From the NCBI GenBank assembly GCA_964373835.1, contig CAYJWN010000003.1, positions 1 to 55,205 on the forward strand: a stretch of DNA of 55,205 bases, read 5' to 3'. Shown piece by piece: positions 1 through 6,957 of this stretch. The number at the start of each line of letters is the position of its first letter. Position 1 is the stretch's first letter. Position numbers and translations under genes: made by a program. Source of the stretch: an uncultured Planctomycetales bacterium (lineage in GTDB: Bacteria; Omnitrophota; Gorgyraeia; Aquiviventales; Aquiviventaceae). The notes under the pieces are model-generated. The model was not told the origin of the DNA, made no database searches, and saw nothing but the letters and a program-made list of their open reading frames with translations.

Positions 1-27
1 TTCAGCCTTCAGCCTTCAGCCTTCAGC
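1..27. repeat. Tandem heptamer TTCAGCC x4 at window edge, probably one arm of a hairpin element whose partner lies outside the window
   Basis: Direct reading: ttcagcc ttcagcc ttcagcc ttcagcg. Same 7-nt periodic architecture as the complete elements below. Confidence 0.6.
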
Positions 28-46
28 GGCATTGGGCGTTTCTGGA

Positions 47-520
47 GTGCGCCGCATCGCCATTGGCGCCGACCACGGCGGCTTCGCGCTGAAAGCGCAC
101 CTGATTTCCTTGCTCCGGTCCAAGGGGCTCGAGGTGGCGGATCTCGGCACGCATTCGCCGGCACCCTGCGACTACCCGCAGATCGGGTACAAGGTGGCGT
201 CGGCGGTGGCACAAGGCCGGTTTGATCGAGGGGTTCTCTTATGCAAATCCGGCATCGGCATTGCGATCGCCGCCAACAAAGTCCCGGGCATCCGTGCCGC
301 GGTGTGCGCCGATCCGTTCGACGCCGAACGCAGCCGCAGCCACAACGACACCAACGTCGTCGTGCTCGGTGCCGAAAAACTCAGCGACGCGCGCGCGAAA
401 CGGATTTTGGACGCGTGGCTTGCCACCCCGTTTGAGTCCGGGGGGCGCCACGAGCGGCGGGTGAAGCAGATCGCTGCGATCGAACGCGCCGTCCTCAATA
501 AGAGGAAATTATCGCAATGA
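47..520 (+). CDS. rpiB: Ribose-5-phosphate isomerase B
   Basis: RpiB/LacAB motifs [48 protein letters not shown] at 47 gives the usual N-terminus; the ORF opens at TTG 32. Confidence 0.85.
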   Translation: MRRIAIGADHGGFALKAHLISLLRSKGLEVADLGTHSPAPCDYPQIGYKVASAVAQGRFDRGVLLCKSGIGIAIAANKVPGIRAAVCADPFDAERSRSHNDTNVVVLGAEKLSDARAKRILDAWLATPFESGGRHERRVKQIAAIERAVLNKRKLSQ

Positions 521-652
521 CCAAGCTCCAATTTCCAAATCCCAAACAAGCACCAATGACCAAATTCCAAGCACCAAACAAGACAGTGTTTGGAATTTGG
601 GTATTGGAGTTTGGGATTTGTTTGGAATTTGGGATTTGGGATTTGGGATTTG
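521..652. repeat. Imperfect long hairpin built from 7-nt units (CCAAATC/GCACCAA arm versus GGGATTT/GGAATTT arm)
   Basis: Left arm 521-582 and right arm 589-652 are about 80% complementary around loop acagtg. It starts 1 nt after the rpiB stop and ends 5 nt before the glyA ATG. Sister copy at 9329-9464. Confidence 0.85.
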
Positions 653-656
653 CGTG

Positions 657-1901
657 ATGCAACGTCTGCGAGAGGTGGACCCAGAGGTTTATGAGGCAAT
701 CCAGCAAGAGATTCGGCGTCAGCACGGCCACCTGGAGCTGATCGCCTCGGAAAATTTCACGAGCCTGGCGGTCTTGGAAGCCCAGGGGTCCGTGCTGACC
801 AACAAGTATGCGGAAGGCTACCCGGGCGCGCGCTGGTACGGCGGCTGCGAGTTCGTGGACGTGGCCGAGCGGCTGGCGATTGAGCGGGTGAAGGCGCTCT
901 TCGGCGCCGAGCACGCCAACGTCCAGCCCCACTCCGGCACCCAGGCCAACATCGTCGTGTTCTACGCCATGCTCCAGCCGGGCGATACCATCCTCGCCAT
1001 GAGCCTCGCGCACGGGGGGCATCTGTCGCATGGCCATCCCAAGAACTTCTCAGGCCGTTTCTTCAGGATTGTGCCGTATGGGGTCAACCAGCGCACCGAA
1101 CAGATCGACTACGATGCGCTGGAGGCCCTCGCCAAAGAGCGCAAGCCGAAGCTCATCCTGGCCGGCTACTCGGCGTATCCGCGCGTGTTGGATTTTCCGC
1201 GCTTTCGCAAGATCGCCGACGCGGTGGGGGCGACGCTCCTCGTGGACATGGCGCATTTTGCGGGGCTGGTGGCCGCCGGCGTGTATCCCAACCCGGTGCC
1301 GCACGCGGAGTTCGTCACCTCGACGACGCACAAAACCCTGCGCGGCCCGCGGGGCGGCTTCATTCTCTGTCGGGCCCAGTATGCCAAGGCGATCGACTCA
1401 GCGCTCTTTCCCGGCACCCAGGGAGGGCCGCTCATGCACGTGATTGCAGCCAAGGCGGTGTGCTTCAAGGAGGCGCAGAGCGCTGAGTTCAAAGCCTATC
1501 AGCGCCAGGTGGTGGCGAATGCCCGGGCGCTGGCCGCCGCCTTAAGTGCGCACGGCTACCGGATTGTCTCCGGCGGGACGGATAACCACCTGCTGCTGGT
1601 GGACCTGACCCCAAAGGGGCTCACCGGCAAAGAGGCGCAAGAGGCGCTCGATCAGGCCAGGATCACCGTCAATAAAAACGCGATCCCGTTTGATTTGCTG
1701 CCGCCGGGGAAAGCGAGCGGGATTCGGCTTGGCACGCCCGCGCTGACTACGCGCGGCATGAAAGAGCCGGACATGCGCCAGGTCGCCGAGCTCATTGATG
1801 AGGTGCTGATGCGCCGCGGCGACGCGGCCGCTGTTGAGCACATCCGTTCGCAAGTCGCGGTATTGACGGCACGTTTTCCGCTGTATCCTGAGCTTGAGTA
1901 A
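657..1901 (+). CDS. glyA: Serine hydroxymethyltransferase
   Basis: [30 protein letters not shown]-lysine box [17 protein letters not shown] 657 chosen because codons 597-656 are just the translated hairpin repeat. Confidence 0.95.
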   Translation: MQRLREVDPEVYEAIQQEIRRQHGHLELIASENFTSLAVLEAQGSVLTNKYAEGYPGARWYGGCEFVDVAERLAIERVKALFGAEHANVQPHSGTQANIVVFYAMLQPGDTILAMSLAHGGHLSHGHPKNFSGRFFRIVPYGVNQRTEQIDYDALEALAKERKPKLILAGYSAYPRVLDFPRFRKIADAVGATLLVDMAHFAGLVAAGVYPNPVPHAEFVTSTTHKTLRGPRGGFILCRAQYAKAIDSALFPGTQGGPLMHVIAAKAVCFKEAQSAEFKAYQRQVVANARALAAALSAHGYRIVSGGTDNHLLLVDLTPKGLTGKEAQEALDQARITVNKNAIPFDLLPPGKASGIRLGTPALTTRGMKEPDMRQVAELIDEVLMRRGDAAAVEHIRSQVAVLTARFPLYPELE

Positions 1902-1904
1902 CTA

Positions 1905-2030
1905 AGAGCCTCTATCAAAATGACGTTCGTTCAAGGTTCAAGGCTGAAGGTTCAAGGGGGTGTCTCGTGCCTTGAGCCTTGAGCCTTGAGCCTACAACCG
2001 AGCGCCAACGGTCATTCTGATAGGCGCTCT
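1905..2030. repeat. MITE-like element: 20-nt terminal inverted repeats enclosing a heptamer hairpin
   Basis: agagcctctatcaaaatgac (1905-1924) pairs with gtcattctgataggcgctct (2011-2030). Inside, ttcaagg x4 (1930-1957) faces ccttgag x3 (1970-1992). The TIR is related to the pair at 48100/48367. Confidence 0.75.
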
Positions 2031-2045
2031 AAGAGCTCTAAGGGA

Positions 2046-2119
2046 TCAGATGTCAGAAGTCAGAAATCAGAAGTCAGATTTTGACCTCTGCTCTCTGACG
2101 TCTGCCCTCTGACTTCTGA
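2046..2119. repeat. Heptamer hairpin, TCAGAAG family
   Basis: tcagatg tcagaag tcagaaa tcagaag tcaga, loop tttt, then gacctct gctctct gacgtct gccctct gacttct ga. Ends 3 nt before the nrdR ATG. Confidence 0.85.
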
Positions 2120-2122
2120 ACG

Positions 2123-2584
2123 ATGAAATGTCCGTTTTGTGGTCATCAGGAAGATAAGGTGGTGGATTCGCGTGCCAGCTCAGACGGCGTGTCCATCCGC
2201 CGGCGGCGCGAGTGCCTGAGCTGCGCGAAACGCTTCACCACGTATGAGCATGTCGAAGAGCAGCCGCTCATGATCGTGAAGAAAGACGGCCGCCGCGAGC
2301 CCTTCGATCGCCACAAGCTGCTGGCGGGCCTCGTCAAGGCGTGCGAGAAGCGGCCCGTCAGCATGGATGACCTGGAGCGGCTGGTGGATGAGCTGGAGCG
2401 GGAGCTCTCCCAGCAGTTTGAGCGGGAAGCGCCCTCCCGCGAGGTCGGGGAGCGCGTCATGAAGCGGCTCCATGCGCTCGACCCGGTCGCCTACGTCCGC
2501 TTTGCGTCGGTCTATCGGGAATTCAAGGACGTCGAGCAGTTCATGCGCGAATTGAAAGACCTCCTGGCTCTCAAAGCGAAGTGA
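2123..2584 (+). CDS. nrdR: Transcriptional repressor NrdR
   Basis: Zinc ribbon [17 protein letters not shown]...CLSC followed by an ATP-cone ([22 protein letters not shown]). Confidence 0.95.
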   Translation: MKCPFCGHQEDKVVDSRASSDGVSIRRRRECLSCAKRFTTYEHVEEQPLMIVKKDGRREPFDRHKLLAGLVKACEKRPVSMDDLERLVDELERELSQQFEREAPSREVGERVMKRLHALDPVAYVRFASVYREFKDVEQFMRELKDLLALKAK

Positions 2585-3144
2585 TCGCCGTCGTGGACTT
2601 CGAGCGCGTATTACGGACCCTGCTGGCTGAATTCGAGCGTCTGCAGATCCGCTACGCCACCCTTGGCGGCTTCGCTCTCGGTGTCTTAGGAGTGGCACGG
2701 GCCACGATGGACATGGATTTTCTCGTGCATCGGGACGACCTGAATCGCCTGCGTGAAGTGTTAACCAAGCTAGGCTACCAACGATTCGCCCAGACAGAAA
2801 ACGTGTCCCATTACCGCCATCCAGAGGCGGTGTGGGGATCTGTGGATTTCATCCACGCCTTCAGAGGTCCTTCTCTGGCTGTCCTTGAACGCGCGAAGTC
2901 CTATCCTATTTTCAATCGCACGCAGCAAATTCGAGTGATCGATCCGGAAGACGTCATTGGCTTTAAAGTTCAGGCGATGGCGAATAACCCGCTGCGACGG
3001 ACAAAGGAGCTCGTTGATATCGAGGCCCTGATGGAGCTCCATGGAGCCCAGCTTCAGTGGCAGCGGATTCAGGAATACTTTGAGCTGTTTGAGCTGGGGA
3101 AGGAATTCACAGCACTGAAGGAACGTTTCGGCCATGCTCAGTGA
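2581..3144 (+). CDS. Putative minimal nucleotidyltransferase-fold protein (TA-like accessory gene)
   Basis: GTG start overlaps the nrdR stop (GTGA). Signature [22 protein letters not shown] (GG...DxD). GC falls to about 50% across ~2650-3450. Confidence 0.55.
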   Translation: MIAVVDFERVLRTLLAEFERLQIRYATLGGFALGVLGVARATMDMDFLVHRDDLNRLREVLTKLGYQRFAQTENVSHYRHPEAVWGSVDFIHAFRGPSLAVLERAKSYPIFNRTQQIRVIDPEDVIGFKVQAMANNPLRRTKELVDIEALMELHGAQLQWQRIQEYFELFELGKEFTALKERFGHAQ

Positions 3145-3346
3145 GGAAGAGAAAAGAGAATTGAGAGCCCTGGCGCGTTCGGGGCAAGTACGGGATGAGT
3201 TTGAGTTCATCCGGAGCGCTTCTCAACGGAAGCCAAGCGAGCGGTCAATCGACGCCTACATATCCTTTCTTACCTGTATGGGTCGCTTGCCAGCAGTGCA
3301 ACCCCCTCCCCGGCCTTTTCCGATTTACACCAACGTCCGCCTGTAA
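3134..3346 (+). CDS. Hypothetical small protein, possible partner of the nucleotidyltransferase
   Basis: 70-aa ORF overlapping the upstream gene by 11 nt within the same low-GC cassette. No motif recognised. Confidence 0.3.
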   Translation: MLSEEEKRELRALARSGQVRDEFEFIRSASQRKPSERSIDAYISFLTCMGRLPAVQPPPRPFPIYTNVRL

Positions 3347-3437
3347 CCATCGGGCACTCCAGCCTGCATCCCCTTCGCCAGCTGAGCCAGAGTGTCACCT
3401 ATGTCTGGGAACATTCTACGCACTGTGCTGGTGCGTC

Positions 3438-3467
3438 TTGACGAGCAGGAAGGGTATCAGGCACACT
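3438..3467 (+). promoter_or_regulatory. Candidate sigma70-type promoter of the structured leader
   Basis: TTGACG, 18 nt, CACACT. The -10 region caggcacacttga resembles caggtacacttaa in front of the riboswitch at 44.1 kb. Confidence 0.3.
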
Positions 3468-3473
3468 TGAACT

Positions 3474-3735
3474 GATAAAGGCAAACCTCCGCCACCCATG
3501 AACCTGCGAGGGGCGGACCCGCCAAGCAATGTGGCGGGCATCGCAAGATGGGGACGTCCCTCGATACGAGGGACCTGGACCCCGCACGCTTTGCTTCGCA
3601 AAGCGAAGCATGCGGGGGACAGGCAAAGCCGCGATCCCAACCACCTGTTTTGGGTCGGCGTAGCCGACCAGGATCGCAGAGCGATCCGGCCGATGGCCGA
3701 AAACAGGTGGTGGGATGTCGGGCTGCCGAAGCATG
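3474..3735 (+). promoter_or_regulatory. Expanded GEMM-I-like (c-di-GMP-I related) structured leader RNA
   Basis: Carries the three GEMM-I signature blocks: AAGGCAAACC (3478-3487), GCAAAGCC (3623-3630), GUCGGGCUGCCGAAG (3717-3731). They are spaced about 250 nt apart and separated by many GNRA- or triloop-capped hairpins. Shares a 26-nt hairpin tip with the riboswitch at 44174-44199. Confidence 0.45.
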
Positions 3736-3754
3736 GTTTTCAGCAGCCCTTTTT
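3720..3754 (+). terminator. Intrinsic terminator forming the expression platform of the leader
   Basis: gggctgc (3720-3726) pairs with gcagccc (3743-3749), followed by ttttt. The 5' strand overlaps the 3' aptamer motif GGGCUGCCGAAG. Confidence 0.55.
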
Positions 3755-3788
3755 GGTTCCGTGATGCGATGGCCAGCGATGAGGGACG

Positions 3789-4151
3789 ATGATTTCAACG
3801 ATACGCCGCATGCTCATCGTTGATGATGAGCCCGATATCTGCGAGTGTCTCAAGGACTTCTTTACCATGCGGGGATTTTCAGTGACCTCCGCGTTCAGCG
3901 GGGAAGAAGCGCTCGAGCGGCTCTCCGAGGAAGCCGCGGACGTGATTCTGCTTGATATCTTGCTGCCGGGCCTGTCCGGCATCGAGGTGCTCAAGCACGT
4001 GAAGGCCTTGAATCCGCAGGCGCGGGTGGTCATGGTCACCGGCCTCGATCAGGACGATCTGCGCACGCAAGCCTGCCGCTACGGCGCAGCCGCCTACATC
4101 ACCAAACCCTTCAACTTTTCCGACGAGACCTGGTCGTCGGTCCTCGCCTAA
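3789..4151 (+). CDS. Stand-alone CheY-like response regulator (receiver domain only)
   Basis: LIVDDEPD, VILLDILLPGLSG (phospho-acceptor Asp context), ITKPF. No output domain. ATG 3810 is an alternative start. Confidence 0.85.
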   Translation: MISTIRRMLIVDDEPDICECLKDFFTMRGFSVTSAFSGEEALERLSEEAADVILLDILLPGLSGIEVLKHVKALNPQARVVMVTGLDQDDLRTQACRYGAAAYITKPFNFSDETWSSVLA

Positions 4152-4158
4152 TTAAACC

Positions 4159-4228
4159 GCTCTAGGCTGTAGGCTCAAGGCTCTAGGCGACTGCCTTTGC
4201 CTAGAGCCTCCAGCCTCAAGCCTAGAGC
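4159..4228. repeat. Heptamer hairpin (CTCTAGG/CTCAAGG units) between convergent genes
   Basis: gctctagg ctgtagg ctcaagg ctctagg c, loop gactgcctttg, then cctagag cctccag cctcaag cctagag c. Confidence 0.85.
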
Positions 4229-4231
4229 GTT

Positions 4232-5821
4232 CTAGAAAGGAGAATCTACGAAGCTGCGGAGGGTCGCGCGGGCGCGCAGGTCGGTGAGCCACTGGTTGAC
4301 ACGGGCCGCCTGCTCTTCAGCAAGCGTCTCCTGCCGGAGCGCGGGTTCGACGGCGGCGAAGTTGGAAACGTCAGCGGGAATAGACTCCTCAGGGCGGATC
4401 AGGACAAAGCCGATGGGGGTTTCGAGCACGTCGGTGAGCGATCCCAAGGGCGTGCGAAAGGCCTCTTCGTTGACTGCGGGGAAGGTACCGATGGGGTCAA
4501 TGGGTCCGGTGCGCGTGAATGAAGCCGGCGTGATAGGGATCGTTCCGTGCGCGAGGACCGCCTCCTCAAACCGCGCGCCCGTCTTCAACTGTTCCTGAAG
4601 ATAGTCTCGGAGGGCGTTCGCCCGCGCGCGGGCCAGATCCTTCGTTTGAGCCTGGATGAGCTGCTCGCGGAGCTGTTCTTCTATTTCCTCAAACGGTTGC
4701 ACATGGGAAGGGATTCGCTTCGTCACGTGTGCGAGATACACACCACGGTCCGTCTCGATCACGTCGCTCATCTGGCCTTCTGCGAGTGAGGCAACCGCCT
4801 GACGGATCGCCGGATCGAGTCCTTCTCCGATCCCAGGATCGCCGACGCGGAAAGGACCGGCTTCTTCTATCAAGAGAGCGCGCACCTTGGCGATTTCCAC
4901 GAGAGGTCGCTTGCTCTTCATGTCCTCTTCTAGGTCGATGGCTAAGGCGACGAGCTGCTGACGGACCTGCGCGTCCGTCAGGCGCTGTCGCACTGTCTCC
5001 CGCACCTCGTCAAACGGCTTCAGGGAGCCGTCTTCTTTGGCGAAGTCGTCTGGGTGGGTCTCATAGAACGCGCGCAGGGTCTGATCATCCAGCTGGATAC
5101 GTGAGGCCAATGTGTCGTGCGAGACTCCAGCGTATTCGATGACGATCTGTTCAGGGACACGGAACACCTCAGGATGCGCATCGTAGGCAGCGCGGAGTTG
5201 GTCTTCACTGACCGCCGCGGAGGCTGCGGCATGGAAAGCGCTAGTTTCGAAGAACATCACTGTAGCCTTGAGCTGTTCATGCTGCCGCGCGTAGGCCTGC
5301 CGCACGTCGTCCTCGGTGATCACAACCGACGCCTTCACCGAGTTCACCAGCTTCTCGATGAGCAGATCGCTGCGGAGCAGCCGCTCAAACGCCTGGGGGC
5401 TTGAGCCGACGGCGCTCACGTAGCGGTGGTAACGCTCGGGGATGAATCGTCCCTCGTCCTGAAACGCGGGGATCGTGTGAATCACCGACGCCAGCTCGCG
5501 GTCGTCGACCCGCAGGCGGCGGCGTTTGGCTTCCTCGAGGAGGATCAGTCGATCCCAGGTGGACTGCGTGATGAGCGGGCCCAGTGTCTCCAGGTCGTTG
5601 CCGAACTGATTGCGCCACTGGGTGAGCAGCCAGGCCCGTTGTTCCTCAAACGTCGCCCAGGGAACCGCTTTGCCGAAGAGGACCCCGGCGCTGCCGCCGG
5701 ATCCCCGGCCGGGGGAGGCCTGAAACGCGCCGAAGATGGCAAACGGCAACAGCAGGATGCCGGCGATGATCCAGCTCGTCCGCCGGCGCAGCGCTTTGGA
5801 GGCGATCAACTTTCTGAACAT
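4232..5821 (-). CDS. ppiD: Periplasmic chaperone / peptidyl-prolyl isomerase, PpiD/SurA-like
   Basis: N-terminal TM WIIAGILLLPFAIFGAF, long SurA-N-like region, parvulin-like GQMSDVIETDRGVYLAHV. Start set at ATG 5821 (MFRKLIAS); the ORF opens at 5851. Confidence 0.7.
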   Translation of the reverse strand: MFRKLIASKALRRRTSWIIAGILLLPFAIFGAFQASPGRGSGGSAGVLFGKAVPWATFEEQRAWLLTQWRNQFGNDLETLGPLITQSTWDRLILLEEAKRRRLRVDDRELASVIHTIPAFQDEGRFIPERYHRYVSAVGSSPQAFERLLRSDLLIEKLVNSVKASVVITEDDVRQAYARQHEQLKATVMFFETSAFHAAASAAVSEDQLRAAYDAHPEVFRVPEQIVIEYAGVSHDTLASRIQLDDQTLRAFYETHPDDFAKEDGSLKPFDEVRETVRQRLTDAQVRQQLVALAIDLEEDMKSKRPLVEIAKVRALLIEEAGPFRVGDPGIGEGLDPAIRQAVASLAEGQMSDVIETDRGVYLAHVTKRIPSHVQPFEEIEEQLREQLIQAQTKDLARARANALRDYLQEQLKTGARFEEAVLAHGTIPITPASFTRTGPIDPIGTFPAVNEEAFRTPLGSLTDVLETPIGFVLIRPEESIPADVSNFAAVEPALRQETLAEEQAARVNQWLTDLRARATLRSFVDSPF

Positions 5822-5878
5822 GGGTTGTATTGTACGCCCCGCCGTCTGCATTCCGCAATCCGAAATTCACGTCGCTGA

Positions 5879-5907
5879 TTGACACTCCGAAAAGCCTCCT
5901 GTACAAT
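5879..5907 (+). promoter_or_regulatory. Near-consensus sigma70 promoter upstream of hisG
   Basis: TTGACA (5879-5884), 17 nt, TACAAT (5902-5907). Confidence 0.6.
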
Positions 5908-5919
5908 CGTGGAACGCTC

Positions 5920-6957
5920 ATGAACACCAAGCAGAGCAGACGAAAGTCGAGTCGTGCTCCATCGTCCTCCACAGGCCTCTTAAGCCGGCGGCCCCTCGAC
6001 TCCTCCCGAGCAAGGCGAAGCCGAACCGAAGGACTCGCTCGGGGCCGTCTCGAGCGAGCGGAGCGAGTCGAGAGACGGCTGAAGATCGGCCTGCCGACAG
6101 GCAGCCTCCAAGAGGCCACGGTCAAGCTCTTTGACCGCGCCGGCTTTAAGGTGCTCATCAGCGAGCGCTCCTACGCCCCCTCCGTCGACGATCCAGAGCT
6201 GGAGCCCATGCTCCTGCGGGCGCAGGAGATGTCGCGCTACGTGGAGCAAGGGGTCCTTGACTGCGGGATCACCGGCAACGACTGGGTGCTGGAAAACCGC
6301 TCGCGGGTTGAGCGCGTGGCGGAGCTGGTCTACGCCAAGCGGACCCGCCACCCGGTTCGCTGGGTGATCGCGGTGCCGGCCGCCTCGCCCATCCGCACCC
6401 TGAAAGGCTTGCAGGGCAAGCGGCTGGCAACGGAGCTGGTCAACGTGACCAAAGAGTACCTTGCCAAGCACGGGGTGAGCGCGGATGTGGAGTTCTCCTG
6501 GGGCGCGACGGAAGGCAAGATCCACGCGGGCCTGATCGACGCCATCGTGGAGCTGACGGAAACCGGCCAGACGCTCGTGGCCAACGGCCTGCGGATTTTG
6601 GAGACGGTCTGTGAGTCGACGACCCAGTTCATTGCCAACGCGTCGGCCTTGGCAGATCCCTGGAAGCGGCGCAAGATCGACGACCTCAAGACGCTGCTTT
6701 CCGGCGCCGTCGAGGCGGACGGAAAGGTGGGGGTCAAGCTCAATGTGCCGGAGTCCAAGCTGCTCCAGGTCGTCAAGGTCCTGCCGGCGATGAAGCGGCC
6801 GACGGTGTCCAAGCTGTGGTCGAAGGACGGCGGGGATCCGTGGTGGGCGGTTGAGATCGTCGTCGAGGAACGCCGGATCAAAGCGCTCATTCCCCAGTTG
6901 AAAGAAGCCGGGGCGCAGGACATCATCGAGTACCCCTTGAACAAGGTCATCTATTGA
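5920..6957 (+). CDS. hisG: ATP phosphoribosyltransferase, long form
   Basis: LKIGLPTGSLQEATVKLFDRAG, CGITGNDWVLE, ELTETGQTLVANGL, C-terminal regulatory domain. Conserved core starts near 6079; the ~50 preceding Arg/Ser-rich codons come from a GC-rich palindromic repeat, so the start is uncertain. Confidence 0.8.
   Translation: MNTKQSRRKSSRAPSSSTGLLSRRPLDSSRARRSRTEGLARGRLERAERVERRLKIGLPTGSLQEATVKLFDRAGFKVLISERSYAPSVDDPELEPMLLRAQEMSRYVEQGVLDCGITGNDWVLENRSRVERVAELVYAKRTRHPVRWVIAVPAASPIRTLKGLQGKRLATELVNVTKEYLAKHGVSADVEFSWGATEGKIHAGLIDAIVELTETGQTLVANGLRILETVCESTTQFIANASALADPWKRRKIDDLKTLLSGAVEADGKVGVKLNVPESKLLQVVKVLPAMKRPTVSKLWSKDGGDPWWAVEIVVEERRIKALIPQLKEAGAQDIIEYPLNKVIY

Noticed and set aside
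2009-2020. 12-nt identity cggtcattctga between the TIR at 2009 and the bamA stop region at 20699
   Set aside because: Roughly 90 chance 12-mer matches are expected within a 55-kb window, and there is no extended similarity around it.
2046-2119. Heptamer arrays as a CRISPR array or as plain intrinsic terminators
   Set aside because: This is not CRISPR: the units are 7 nt, contiguous and without spacers, and no cas genes are present. They are not simple terminators either. They lack T-tracts, lie between co-directional coupled genes or inside coding 5' ends, and the genome shows a classical terminator at 37645-37685.
3474-3735. Interpreting the large leader as two tandem complete GEMM-I aptamers, or as cGAMP-specific
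   Set aside because: Neither half contains a full set of signature blocks. The first half lacks the 3' closing motif and the second lacks the GGGACGCAAAGCC junction. The G20-equivalent position is G in both leaders, so nothing in the sequence supports altered ligand specificity.
3399-3823. Several 74-113-aa ORFs on both strands in the 3.4-3.8 kb region
   Set aside because: The region folds into dense GNRA- and triloop-capped hairpins with GEMM-I signature blocks and a terminator. The ORFs overlap each other in all frames and have no motifs.
5830-5919. hisG start at ATG 5830
   Set aside because: It would place the near-consensus promoter (5879-5907) inside the coding region and overlap the ppiD upstream region. 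ATG 5920 or a downstream non-standard start is more plausible, though still uncertain.
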